Positions 17,455 through 26,848 of a DNA stretch of 64,000 nt are shown piece by piece. Made by a program: the position numbers and the translations under genes. The stretch's first letter is position 1; each line of letters starts with the position of its first letter. The notes under the pieces were generated by a model. It ran no database searches. It was not told the DNA's origin and was given only the letters and a program-made list of their open reading frames with translations. The stretch covers positions 3,518 through 67,517 of the forward strand of contig CAYLTD010000006.1 of NCBI GenBank assembly GCA_964386715.1. The letters are read 5' to 3'. The stretch comes from an uncultured Bifidobacterium sp. GTDB taxonomy: Bacteria; Acidobacteriota; Vicinamibacteria; Vicinamibacterales; CAVVIG01.

Positions 17455-19404
17455 ATGTATCGCCCGACCCTCGCACTGGCTGCAACCGCGCTGCTCACCG
17501 CCGTGACGCTCGCCCAGCGGTCGCCCTCCTCGGCTGCGCTCGGCGAATGGCGCCACTACGGCGGAGACGCCGCCAGCAGCAAGTACTCGCCGCTCGACCA
17601 GATCACACGCGCCAACGTGTCGCGGCTCGACGTGGCCTGGCGCTGGAGTTCCGCCGACAACGAGATCGTCAAGGGCAACCCGGCGCGGCCGGGCGCGTAC
17701 CAGGACACGCCGATCATGGTCAACGGCGTGCTCTACACGACGACGTCGCTCGGGGTCTACGTGGCGATCGATCCCACGACGGGGCGGACACTGTGGAAGT
17801 ACGACCCGGAGATCTGGCGGCTTGGGCGGCCCACGAACCTCGGGTTCACCCATCGGGGGACGGCATTCTGGACCGATGGCACGCGGCGGCGTCTGATCAG
17901 CGGTACCCATGACGCGCACCTCGTGTCCATCGATGCGGAGACCGGGAAACCGGACCCCACCTTCGGCGACAGCGGGCGCGTGGACGTCATCGCAGACATG
18001 CCGTATGCGGAGCGCGTGCGGAACTACGCCATCAACTCCACGCCAGTGGTCGTGAGGGACGTCGTGATCGCCGGGGCAAACATCGTCGATCGCCCGCTCG
18101 TGAAGGAGCAGCCGCGCGGGGACATCTTCGGCTTCGACGTCCGCACGGGCCGGAAACTCTGGACGTTCCACGCCATCCCGCAGAAGGGCGAATTCGGATA
18201 CGACACGTGGGAAGACGGGTCCGCGGAGTACACCGGCAACACGAACGTCTGGTCGCTGATGACCGTCGACGAAGACACCGGCTACGTCTACCTGCCCTTC
18301 GGCACGCCCACCAACGATTTCTACGGCGGACACCGGCCCGGCAACAATCTGTTCGCCGAAAGCCTCGTGTGCCTCGATGCGACGACGGGTAGACGCGTCT
18401 GGCACTTCCAGGCGGTGCATCACGGACTCTGGGACTACGACTTCCCCGCGGCGCCCAACCTGATCGAAATCACGGTCAACGGCCGTCGGGTAAAGGCCGT
18501 GGCACAGGTGAGCAAGCAGGGTTTCGTCTACGTGTTCGACCGCGCGACGGGCGAGCCGATCTGGCCAATCGAGGAGCGGCCGGTCCCACAATCCGACGTG
18601 CCTGGCGAGCGTACCTCGCGCACACAGCCGGTTCCCACGAAGCCGCCTGCCTTCGAGCGGCAGGGCTTCACCGACGCCGACGTGGTGGATTTCACGCCGG
18701 AACTCCGCGCGCAGGCGCTGACCGTCCTCGGACAGTGGAACCGCGGGCCGCTCTTCACACCGCCATCGGAGCGCGGAACCGTCCAGTTGCCCGGCGATGT
18801 CGGCGGTGCCGACTGGGGCGGCGCCGGCGTGGACCCTGAAACCGGATTCCTCTACGTTCCGTCTCTGACCAGCCCGATCATCGTGCAGCTCGAAAAGGGT
18901 GACGCCGCGCCGGGCAACATGCGGTACCGGCGGGGTCCGCTGGCGAACCTGCCGACCCTGGACGGCATCCCTCTCTACAAGCCTCCGTATAGCCGGGTCA
19001 CGGCCTACGACCTGAATACCGGCACGATCGCCTGGCAGATCCCGATTGGCGATGGACCCCGCAACCATCCACTGATCAAGGACCAGAACCTGGGACCGCT
19101 CGGCAACGGCACTCGCGCAAGCCCGCTCGTCACCAGGACGTTGCTCTTCGTGAGCCAGTTCTCCGGCGGGCTCGGCCGTGCCACCGGTCTGCCGGTCGGC
19201 GGCCGCCCCCTGACAGACCTGCCGCCCGAGCCGCCGCGCTTCCGGGCGTTCGACAAGCGCACCGGTGAGCTCGTCTGGGAGAAGGAACTGCCGCTCGGTC
19301 CGGCGGCGGCGCCGATGACGTACCTCGCGGGAGGACGCCAGTACGTCGTCCTCGCCATTGGTAGCGGCATCACCGCAGAACTGATCGCCTTCGCGTTGCG
19401 CTGA
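17455..19404 (+). CDS. PQQ-dependent (quinoprotein) dehydrogenase, glucose/quinate/shikimate-like
   Basis: Signal peptide, repeated W-motifs of an 8-bladed propeller and the GGDAASSKYSPL...YQDTPI start typical of quinoproteins. Confidence 0.85.
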   Translation: MYRPTLALAATALLTAVTLAQRSPSSAALGEWRHYGGDAASSKYSPLDQITRANVSRLDVAWRWSSADNEIVKGNPARPGAYQDTPIMVNGVLYTTTSLGVYVAIDPTTGRTLWKYDPEIWRLGRPTNLGFTHRGTAFWTDGTRRRLISGTHDAHLVSIDAETGKPDPTFGDSGRVDVIADMPYAERVRNYAINSTPVVVRDVVIAGANIVDRPLVKEQPRGDIFGFDVRTGRKLWTFHAIPQKGEFGYDTWEDGSAEYTGNTNVWSLMTVDEDTGYVYLPFGTPTNDFYGGHRPGNNLFAESLVCLDATTGRRVWHFQAVHHGLWDYDFPAAPNLIEITVNGRRVKAVAQVSKQGFVYVFDRATGEPIWPIEERPVPQSDVPGERTSRTQPVPTKPPAFERQGFTDADVVDFTPELRAQALTVLGQWNRGPLFTPPSERGTVQLPGDVGGADWGGAGVDPETGFLYVPSLTSPIIVQLEKGDAAPGNMRYRRGPLANLPTLDGIPLYKPPYSRVTAYDLNTGTIAWQIPIGDGPRNHPLIKDQNLGPLGNGTRASPLVTRTLLFVSQFSGGLGRATGLPVGGRPLTDLPPEPPRFRAFDKRTGELVWEKELPLGPAAAPMTYLAGGRQYVVLAIGSGITAELIAFALR

Positions 19405-19631
19405 GGCCGCGCGGCCCTCGGGCACGCCACGCTGCTGGCTCGTCCGGCCAGAGCCGGCGGCTGCCGCGGACGTCTGGACCCGGCTCCACACCTGGCGCAG
19501 CGTGGGCCGTATACTGGGCACGGTCTGATGGAAGCGCGCGTGCTACCCAACCTGCGGTGCCCCGTCGCGTGGGCGATGCTTCGTCGCGTGCCGGACTGTC
19601 CCTCTCGTCCCATCAGTTCCAAGGCGCTCAG

Positions 19632-20144
19632 GTGACGCGCCCTCGCTCGGTCCTGCGCCGCGGCCTGCTGCTCGCGGCCATGCTCCTCAGCACCGCGTGC
19701 GGCGCGGGTTCGGGAGCGTCAAAGGACGACCCGGCCGCCAGCGAGGCCGCGGTCCGTCGTGCACACGACGCCTATGTCGCCGCGATCAACAGCAACAAGG
19801 TCGACCAATGGCTGGGCTCGCTGTCCGACGATGTCGAGTATCTCGTGCCGAATCAACCGGCGATCGTCGGCAAGGAAGCGGTCGGTGCCTGGGCGTCGCG
19901 CTACCTCGAAGAAGTGAGCACGCACTGGACCAAGTCGGTCGAGCAGTGGAACGTCAGCGGAGGATGGGCGGTCGGGCGCTACGCGTACACCGCGAGCGAC
20001 TCGATCATCATCCGCGACCCATCGACCGAGGGCGGCGGCACGGCCAACGATACGGGGTGGGGACTGATTGTCTACCGCCGGCACGACGACGGGCGTTGGC
20101 TGGTAACACGCGAGGCCTGGGGGTCGGACCGACCGGCACGCTGA
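19632..20144 (+). CDS. SnoaL-like/DUF4440 (NTF2-fold) lipoprotein
   Basis: GTG at 19632 gives VTRPRSVLRRGLLLAAMLLSTAC, a lipobox-like signal. The remainder is NTF2-like (AYVAAINSNKVDQW...). The start is uncertain (19557, 19632 or 19680). Confidence 0.55.
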   Translation: MTRPRSVLRRGLLLAAMLLSTACGAGSGASKDDPAASEAAVRRAHDAYVAAINSNKVDQWLGSLSDDVEYLVPNQPAIVGKEAVGAWASRYLEEVSTHWTKSVEQWNVSGGWAVGRYAYTASDSIIIRDPSTEGGGTANDTGWGLIVYRRHDDGRWLVTREAWGSDRPAR

Positions 20145-20182
20145 CGCGAGGTCCGATGCCCAGGTCGTGCTCTGCAGGGCAG

Positions 20183-20209
20183 GGCGACTGACGGGATTCC
20201 GTCAGCGCC
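20183..20209 (+). terminator. GC-rich hairpin between the SnoaL-like and deacetylase genes
   Basis: GGCG(A)CTGACGG-gatt-CCGTCAGCGCC: 11 bp with one bulge. Only a weak T tract follows, and it ends 4 nt before the GTG at 20213. Confidence 0.3.
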
Positions 20210-20212
20210 CCG

Positions 20213-21130
20213 GTGTTTGCTCCCATGATCCGCGGCAACCATCGTGGTACCTGGTTTGCCCTTCTCTCGGGCAGGCCGGCCATGGCTCCGGTTCGTCGTG
20301 TGTCCCGCCCCGTGATCCTGTGCGCCGCCAATGCTGCAGCGGCGCGCCGGGTTCTGTGCGTCCTGGTGATTGGGCTTACTGTCGCGCCATTCGTGCGCGC
20401 CATCGGTCACGCCACCACCGATGCCGGCAGCCCGCCTGGTGTCGCGGTGCTCCTGTATCACCGCTTTGGTCCCTCGGCCTCGGATGCGATGACGGTGCGT
20501 ACGGCGACGTTCCGCTCCCAGCTCGAGTACCTGGCGCAGCACGATCGCCCGGTTGTTCCGCTGGGCCGTGTCGTCGATTGGCTCCAGGGCCGCACCGCCG
20601 CCCCGCCTCCCAACGCCGTGTGCATCACCGTGGACGATGGGCACGCGTCGGTGTTTCACGAGATGCTGCCTGCAGTCCGCGAGTATGGCGTGCCGGTGAC
20701 GCTCTTCGTCTACCCGTCGGCCATCTCGAACGCCTCCTACGCGATGACGTGGCCCGAGCTTCGGGCACTCTCCGGGACGGGCCTGTTCGACATCCAGTCG
20801 CACACCTTCTGGCATCCGCGTTTCGACGTCGAACGGCGCCGCCTGAGCCCCGCCGAATGGGAGGTGTTCGTGGCGCGACAGCTGGAGCGTCCCAGAATCG
20901 TGATTGCCGAGCGAGTGGAGACGCCGGCGCGGCTGCTGGCGTGGCCATTCGGGATCTACGACGCCGACCTGATGACGAGGGCGTCGCAGGCGGGGTACGT
21001 CGCGGCGTTCACGATGGACCGACGCGTGCTGACACGCGGCGACCCGATCATGGCGTTGCCGCGCCTGCTCGTCACCGACGCTGATGTCGGGCCGCGCTTC
21101 GCGTCGCTGCTGCCTCGGAGGCAACCATGA
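20213..21130 (+). CDS. polysaccharide deacetylase (CE4) family protein
   Basis: LLYHRF...ITVDDGHASV...TLFVYP...HTFWH motifs. N-terminal TM or signal segment. Confidence 0.8.
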   Translation: MFAPMIRGNHRGTWFALLSGRPAMAPVRRVSRPVILCAANAAAARRVLCVLVIGLTVAPFVRAIGHATTDAGSPPGVAVLLYHRFGPSASDAMTVRTATFRSQLEYLAQHDRPVVPLGRVVDWLQGRTAAPPPNAVCITVDDGHASVFHEMLPAVREYGVPVTLFVYPSAISNASYAMTWPELRALSGTGLFDIQSHTFWHPRFDVERRRLSPAEWEVFVARQLERPRIVIAERVETPARLLAWPFGIYDADLMTRASQAGYVAAFTMDRRVLTRGDPIMALPRLLVTDADVGPRFASLLPRRQP

Positions 21131-22380
21131 GCGTCCGGTTGGCGGTGGTATTCGTCGTCGCCTGCCAGGCTGCCGTCGCTGCCGCGGCCGATGGGCCGAT
21201 CCGGTCGACGGTTCGCGTCGTCGACGCGGCGTCGAGGAGGCCGATCCCGGGCGCGATCGTCACAGTGGGTGCTGTCGCCAGCCGCACCGGTCCGGATGGC
21301 CGCGCCACGGTCCTCCTCGATGGTGTGGCCGTCTTGAGGGCCCGTGCGGCGGGGTATCGCCGCGCCGATGCGCCACCGCGCGAGGCCGTCGATCGCGAGG
21401 TTGCGCTGACGCCCATCACGCCCAGGGCCGTGTACCTCTCGGTGTACGGCGTGGGCGACAGGCGCCTGCGGAACGCGGCCCTAGCCCTCATCGATCGCAC
21501 TGAACTCAACGCGCTCGTCATCGACGTGAAAGGCGACCGTGGCCTGGTGCCGTACCGCAGTGCGGTTGGCACGGCGTCGAGCATCGGTGCCCTGCAGGTC
21601 ATGACCGTGCCCGATCTGCCGGCTTTGGTGCAGTCCCTTCGTCAGCGCGGCGTGTACACCATCGCGCGCATTGTCACCTTCAAGGACACGCTGTTGGCGC
21701 ACGCGCGTCCGGACCTGGCGCTGCGGCGGCCCGACGGGACGCTGTACTTGGATCGGGAGGGGCTTGCCTGGACCAGTCCGTACAAGCCCGAGGTCTGGCG
21801 CTACAACATCGCGCTTGCGGTGGAGGCCGCTGCAGCCGGGTTCGACGAAATCCAGTTCGACTACGTGCGGCTGCCCGACACCACGCAGGTCGCGTACGAC
21901 GTGCCGTCGACCGAAGCGCAGAGGACGGCGGCCATCGACGGGTTCCTGGCCGAGGCCAGCCGGGCCCTCGTGTCCGCCAACGTCTTCCTGAGTGCGGACG
22001 TCTTCGGATACGTGTGCTGGAACAGCAACGACACGCGAATCGGACAGCAACTCGAGCACGTGGCCGCGATCGTCGACTACGTGTCTCCGATGCTGTATCC
22101 ATCGAGCTTCCAGTTCGGCATACCGGGATGCCGCAACCCCGTGCAGAATCCGTACGAGATCGTGCGGCGCTCGCTGGAGCATGCGCGGGAGCGCACGGGG
22201 TTGCCCGCGGTCCGCTTCAGGCCGTGGCTGCAGGCGTTCTCCGACTACGCGTTCGGAGGCGGGCGTTTCACCTCCGGCCAGGTTCGTGCGCAGATCCAGG
22301 CCGCCGAGGACTTCGGTGCCAACGGGTGGATGCTCTGGAACCCCCGCAACCGCTACGAGGCGGCCGACCTTCGCCCGTAA
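21127..22380 (+). CDS. putative TIM-barrel glycoside hydrolase (DUF4015/GHL-like) with N-terminal CarboxypepD_reg-like domain
   Basis: ATGA overlap with the deacetylase gene. NALVIDVKGDRG...ARIVTFKD...FDEIQFDYVR pattern as I recall DUF4015. Confidence 0.6.
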   Translation: MSVRLAVVFVVACQAAVAAAADGPIRSTVRVVDAASRRPIPGAIVTVGAVASRTGPDGRATVLLDGVAVLRARAAGYRRADAPPREAVDREVALTPITPRAVYLSVYGVGDRRLRNAALALIDRTELNALVIDVKGDRGLVPYRSAVGTASSIGALQVMTVPDLPALVQSLRQRGVYTIARIVTFKDTLLAHARPDLALRRPDGTLYLDREGLAWTSPYKPEVWRYNIALAVEAAAAGFDEIQFDYVRLPDTTQVAYDVPSTEAQRTAAIDGFLAEASRALVSANVFLSADVFGYVCWNSNDTRIGQQLEHVAAIVDYVSPMLYPSSFQFGIPGCRNPVQNPYEIVRRSLEHARERTGLPAVRFRPWLQAFSDYAFGGGRFTSGQVRAQIQAAEDFGANGWMLWNPRNRYEAADLRP

Positions 22381-22457
22381 GCGCCACCGATGAACGGGCG
22401 GCGGCTCGTACCGGGCGCGCGGAGTCCCACAGCGGTGGCGGGGCTGGTGGTGACGTC

Positions 22458-24011
22458 ATGGTGTCGCGGTCGATCGATCAGGCCGAGGTGATCGCCTTCC
22501 TGGCGTCCCCGTCCACTCACGGCGGATCGCGGGTCGAGCGGATCGAGACGCACGCCTCGGTGGTGTTCCTCGCCGGCGATCGCGCGCTCAAGCTCAAACG
22601 CGCCGTGCACTACGACTATCTGGACTACTCGTCCGCGGCGCGACGGAAGGCGATGTGCGAGGCGGAACTGCGCATCAACCGGAGTGGGGCGCCTGGCCTG
22701 TATCGCGGCGTCGTGGCGGTCACACGCACCGCCGGCGGCACGCTCGCGCTCGGCGGGCCTGGTGAGCCCGTCGACTGGCTCGTCGAGATGACGCGCTTCG
22801 ACCAGGATCTGCTGTTCGAGCGGCTTGCTGCCCGGGGTGCGTTGCCCCTCGACCTGATGGGCCCGCTTGCCGCTGCCGTCGCACGCTTCCACGACGTCGC
22901 CGATCGCTGTCCCGGATACGGCGGCTCGGCCGGCATCCGGCGGGTGATCGAGGGCAACGCGCTGGGGTTTGCCGAACAGGGGGCGGTCGTGCTCGAGGCG
23001 TCGTCGTGCGCGGCTCTCTCGCGACACGCGATGGCCGCGCTGGACCGCCTCGGTCCGCGGCTCGACGCCCGGGAGCACGAGGGGTGTGTGCGGCGGTGCC
23101 ACGGCGACCTGCACCTGCGCAATATCGTCCTGCTCGACGGGCAGCCCAGGCTGTTCGATGCCATCGAGTTCAACGACGACATGGCCTGCATCGACGTGCT
23201 CTACGACCTGGCATTCCTGCTGATGGACCTGTGGCACCGGGGGCTGCGGCACCACGCCAACGCCGTGTGGAACGGCTATCTGTCGGCCGCGGGCCATCTC
23301 GACGCCGTCGCACTGCTGCCGCTGCTTCTTTCGTGCAGAGCAGCGATCCGGGCCAAGACGAGCACCACGGCGGCGCGCCTGCAGCCGGATCGGAGGGCCG
23401 CGAACGAACTCGCCCGCCAGGCGGAGGCGTACCTGACGCTCGCGCGGCAGCTGCTGAATCCTCCGGCGCCCTGCCTGGTCGCCATCGGTGGCTTCTCTGC
23501 GTCTGGCAAGTCGACCCTCGCCCGCTCCCTCGCGGCCCACATCGGTGCCGCCCCGGGCGCCGTCGTCATCCGGAGCGATGAGGTGCGTAAGCGTCTGTGC
23601 GGCGTGGATCCGCTCCAGCGCCTGGGGCCCGAGGGCTATGCGCCCGAGGTGTCAAGGCGCGTCTATGCCACGATCGCGGATCAGGCGAGACAGGTGGCGG
23701 CGGGCGGGCACGCAGTGATCGTTGACGCCGTCTGTGCAAGGCCAGCCGATCGCGAGGCGGTGGCGCGCGCCGCGGCGACTGCGGGCGTACCGATGGTCGG
23801 GCTCTGGCTCGAGGCGGCGGAGCCGGTGCTCATCGAGCGTGCGGCGCACCGGGGCCCCGATGCCTCCGATGCCGATGCCGCCGTCATCCACCGCCAGTTC
23901 GCGGAGGAGACAGGATCGATTCCGTGGTCCCGGGTCGACGCCTCGAAGCCCTTCGACACCGTTCTGGCCGCGGCGACGGAGGTGCTGGCAGGGCAGTGCA
24001 TCCCGCGGTAG
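22458..24011 (+). CDS. bifunctional aminoglycoside-phosphotransferase-like / P-loop kinase (AAA) protein
   Basis: APH-type catalytic region CHGDLHLRNIVL...FDAIEF, followed by the P-loop GGFSASGKST. Confidence 0.7.
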   Translation: MVSRSIDQAEVIAFLASPSTHGGSRVERIETHASVVFLAGDRALKLKRAVHYDYLDYSSAARRKAMCEAELRINRSGAPGLYRGVVAVTRTAGGTLALGGPGEPVDWLVEMTRFDQDLLFERLAARGALPLDLMGPLAAAVARFHDVADRCPGYGGSAGIRRVIEGNALGFAEQGAVVLEASSCAALSRHAMAALDRLGPRLDAREHEGCVRRCHGDLHLRNIVLLDGQPRLFDAIEFNDDMACIDVLYDLAFLLMDLWHRGLRHHANAVWNGYLSAAGHLDAVALLPLLLSCRAAIRAKTSTTAARLQPDRRAANELARQAEAYLTLARQLLNPPAPCLVAIGGFSASGKSTLARSLAAHIGAAPGAVVIRSDEVRKRLCGVDPLQRLGPEGYAPEVSRRVYATIADQARQVAAGGHAVIVDAVCARPADREAVARAAATAGVPMVGLWLEAAEPVLIERAAHRGPDASDADAAVIHRQFAEETGSIPWSRVDASKPFDTVLAAATEVLAGQCIPR

Positions 24012-24303
24012 CTCCGGCGGTCCACGTTACGCCGCGAGCGTTGTCGGCGCGATCGTCGCCGGGGAGTCCATTACGCCTCGCCCGCAGTTCGTGCAGATAG
24101 CGCCACCGCGCTTCGATTTCGCTCAACCTCTCGCTGGCGTATTGCGAGGCGGCGGCCAGGATTTGCCGCGCGGCTTCGTCGCTGCGCGCGGCGAGGCCTT
24201 CGAGGGTATGGCCGGCGCCTGCCAGGTACGCCTGGATCAGGTGGACCTCGATGTCAGCGAGCGGGTCGTGCAGGGGCGCCTGTCCTTCCGTGTCGCGGCC
24301 CAT
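23884..24303 (-). CDS. hypothetical protein (uncertain; overlaps both neighbours)
   Basis: GGGAGA SD 6 nt upstream of the ATG at 24303. The first ~75 aa look helical, but the C-terminal half is low complexity and antisense to the upstream gene's 3' end. Confidence 0.3.
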   Translation of the reverse strand: MGRDTEGQAPLHDPLADIEVHLIQAYLAGAGHTLEGLAARSDEAARQILAAASQYASERLSEIEARWRYLHELRARRNGLPGDDRADNARGVTWTAGATAGCTALPAPPSPRPERCRRASRRRPGTTESILSPPRTGGG

Positions 24304-25169
24304 CGGCGGTCTCCCTTCGGGGTGTATCGTCGGTCGTCAGTGGCATCGCGGCATCGTGCCCGCGGACGATGCGCAGGCCCGCGGAGGCTTCCGCGTTCGG
24401 CAGTGATGACCGTGCACTGGTGTTCACCGTCGCTTCCGTCCCAGTAGATCACGACCCAGTCGCGCGACTTGCCCAGCCGGTGCGCGCGTGCGGTATTCGA
24501 GAAGAGGGCGGTGTAGTGACGCGCTCCCCGCGTCGTGTGCAGGATGGGCAGCCATGCCGCACGGTCGGGATTGAAACGGCGCGGGGCGATCAGTGGCAAC
24601 ATGCCGGCCAGTGCCTTTTCGCGGTACTCACGGTCCACGTCGAGCACTTCTGCCTGCGAAGGGCTGCGAGTCGGCTGCACGGGCGCCGGGGGCCTCACCC
24701 GCTGCAGCCGATAAGCGAGCGAGTCGCTGATGCCGGCCAGGCGCTTGGTGCCGAACCCCGCCAGGCGGCGCAGGCGGCCGTCGTGCGCGGCCGCCTCGAG
24801 GTCCTCGAGCGTGCTGATACCGAGGTCGTGGTGCAGGCGTTCTGCCGTTCGGCGTCCGATGCCAGGCACGGAAGCGAGCAGCGCCACCGGATCTCCTTCA
24901 CCGCGCAATCGATCGAGCATCGCGAGCCGGCCTCGCGTGAGCAGGTCCCGGATAGCCCGGCTCGTGGTCTCACCCACGTGGGGGAGCGCCTCCAGCCCAG
25001 CGAGACCAGCGGTGGTCAGGATCTCGGTGACGGGGCGATCCAACTGACGGATCGTCTGCGCGGCCAGCCCGTAGGCGCGTACCCGGAAGTGGTCGGCCCG
25101 CTGCTCGTCCAGCAGGCGTGCCACCTCCTCGAGTTTCCCGGCGACGTCGTCGTTGACCTGGATGCCCAT
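24237..25169 (-). CDS. helix-hairpin-helix DNA-binding protein (PolX N-terminal-like)
   Basis: FRVRAY..., two HhH motifs (LPHVGETTSRAI; VPGIGRRTAERL) and no polymerase palm. The start was chosen at MGIQV. The C-terminal frame is uncertain. Confidence 0.55.
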   Translation of the reverse strand: MGIQVNDDVAGKLEEVARLLDEQRADHFRVRAYGLAAQTIRQLDRPVTEILTTAGLAGLEALPHVGETTSRAIRDLLTRGRLAMLDRLRGEGDPVALLASVPGIGRRTAERLHHDLGISTLEDLEAAAHDGRLRRLAGFGTKRLAGISDSLAYRLQRVRPPAPVQPTRSPSQAEVLDVDREYREKALAGMLPLIAPRRFNPDRAAWLPILHTTRGARHYTALFSNTARAHRLGKSRDWVVIYWDGSDGEHQCTVITAERGSLRGPAHRPRARCRDATDDRRYTPKGDRRWAATRKDRRPCTTRSLTSRST

Positions 25170-25331
25170 GCCGTCGATTGTCCCGGTGCAACTGATCTGC
25201 CACGGGTGGCCCCAATTGTTCCGCGCGTGCGGCGGCACCGCCGCCGCGTGTCCGGCGGGGCGGTGCGTTTGCTGCAGACGTGAAACCAGCCCGCGCGCCG
25301 TACAGGCTGCCGGACACCGCGTCCACGACGG

Positions 25332-25745
25332 TTATGGCGCCGGCCATGCCGCGTTCTGCAACACGACCCTGTAGCCGTCGGGGTCTTCGAAGGTCCGGCC
25401 GAACCTGTCCCAGTACGGGTTGAAGGCGGTCACCGCTCGATGGCCCGCGGACTCGAGCCGGGTCAGAGCGCGCTGCCACGCCGCAGCGTCGGACAGGTAG
25501 AACACGAGGAGGTTGTCCTGCGTCGGCGCGCGACCGGCGTGGTGGCCAGCGCGACGCGTGAACTCGAGGTGGTATGCCGCGCCTCGGTGCCCGAGCATCA
25601 CGCCGTCGAACCCGTCGTGGTCCTGAAACTCGAACAGCACGTCGAAGCCCAGGCCGTTCCGGTAGAACGTCGTGACGGCATCGAGGTTGTCTGTGGGGCG
25701 AGCGATACGAAGATGCGCGACGGCCACGTCGGCAGTGTTCTCCAT
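25332..25745 (-). CDS. VOC (glyoxalase/bleomycin-resistance) family protein
   Basis: LRIARPTD...FYRNGLGF...HLEF pattern. GGAG SD. Confidence 0.8.
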   Translation of the reverse strand: MENTADVAVAHLRIARPTDNLDAVTTFYRNGLGFDVLFEFQDHDGFDGVMLGHRGAAYHLEFTRRAGHHAGRAPTQDNLLVFYLSDAAAWQRALTRLESAGHRAVTAFNPYWDRFGRTFEDPDGYRVVLQNAAWPAP

Positions 25746-25760
25746 GTTGTGCTCCGTTCG

Positions 25761-26750
25761 TCAGCGCTTCGTGAGCGGCATCGCGATCGGCCGGAAGGGC
25801 GCGGCAGATGCCCCGCGGAACTTGAGTGATGCGGCGACGAACGCGAACTCGAACAGGCGGGCCTGCGACAGCTCCTCCAGGTTCACCACTTCGATGATCG
25901 GGATACCACGCTGGGCGAGCAGGTACGTGTGGACCGGCACCCAGGTGCGGCCCGGTTCCACCGGGAAGTGCTCGAGGCTCAGGTTGTCCCCGCCAATCGC
26001 CATGACCTGCTGTTCCTCAGCCAGCCACCGCGCCGCCTCGAAGGACAGGCCCGGCTGATTGTCGACGTAGCGGTCCACATCGGGCCATGCCGTCATGCGT
26101 CCCCCACGGATGAGGACGACGTCACCTCGCGAGAGCGCAAGCTGCTGCGCACGCAGGGCTCCCTGCAGGTCGGCGACGGTGATGCCATAGCTGTCGGGCA
26201 GGCTGCGCACGCCCTTGAACGCAGCCACGTCCACGAGGACTCCGCGCGCGATGATCGGCGGAAAGGTCTCGACCCCGGCCTTCCGCCAGCCTCGGTCGCC
26301 GAGGTGCTCGTCTGCCTTGAAGCCGTTCCAGATCTCGCCGTGCAGGCCGAAGTGATTGAGGGCGTCGATGTGGGTGCCCGTGTGGGTGTACATCGAGATC
26401 GCATCGCCCGTGTAGGCGACCTCCTCGTTCCGGGACCGGCCCACGCCGGCCGGGTCGTCCACGGCCGTGCCTCGCGGTGTGTGCGTCAGCCAGAACTGAT
26501 AGCGGGGGTCGCCAAGGATGTGCCAGCTCGGCATGCCGACGAAGTAGTCGACGGCCAGATCGAACACCCGACTGGCATCGGCCCGCGACAGCACGGCCTG
26601 CCTGCTGGCGGCGGTCATCATGTTGAGCGTGCCGATCTCGTCGTCTGGCCCCCATGGGCTGCGGCCGACGCGCTCGGCGTGCGCCAGGGCATGGGCTGCC
26701 ATGACGATGGCCAGCCCACCCGCGGCCGCGATTCTTGTCGTCGTCTTCAT
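25761..26750 (-). CDS. cyclase family protein (kynurenine-formamidase-like), secreted
   Basis: HTGTHIDALNHF motif. Signal MKTTTRIAAAGGLAIVMAAHALA. AAGGAGAAG SD. Confidence 0.8.
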   Translation of the reverse strand: MKTTTRIAAAGGLAIVMAAHALAHAERVGRSPWGPDDEIGTLNMMTAASRQAVLSRADASRVFDLAVDYFVGMPSWHILGDPRYQFWLTHTPRGTAVDDPAGVGRSRNEEVAYTGDAISMYTHTGTHIDALNHFGLHGEIWNGFKADEHLGDRGWRKAGVETFPPIIARGVLVDVAAFKGVRSLPDSYGITVADLQGALRAQQLALSRGDVVLIRGGRMTAWPDVDRYVDNQPGLSFEAARWLAEEQQVMAIGGDNLSLEHFPVEPGRTWVPVHTYLLAQRGIPIIEVVNLEELSQARLFEFAFVAASLKFRGASAAPFRPIAMPLTKR

Positions 26751-26789
26751 CGGTCTTCTCCTTTGTGCGAGGGTCGAGTTGTAGACAAA

Positions 26790-26808
26790 ATATGTTTGCA
26801 ACACACAT
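26790..26808. promoter_or_regulatory. candidate MarR operator 1 (upstream of the cyclase gene)
   Basis: ATATGTTTGCAACACACAT is an imperfect dyad closely related to the site at 27318-27338. Confidence 0.4.
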
Positions 26809-26848
26809 GAGGCAGCCACGCCCAGGCTCTCCCGGGTCGCGGTGTCGG

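Noticed and set aside
17329-19521. 730-aa minus-strand ORF opposite the PQQ dehydrogenase. There are similar long antisense ORFs at 36059-38065 (-), 31772-33241 (+), 12832-14559 (+), 39514-40998 (+), 49620-51206 (+), 62322-63728 (+) and 8612-9415 (-).
   Set aside because: Each one mirrors a gene with clear family motifs on the other strand, has an Arg/Gly/Pro-biased low-information sequence, and lacks credible start contexts.
22014-22457. A 148-codon N-terminal extension of the APH/AAA gene overlapping the glycoside-hydrolase gene.
   Set aside because: The extension is out-of-frame reading of the upstream gene's 3' end. The ATG at 22458 (MVSRSIDQAEV...) follows that gene's stop.
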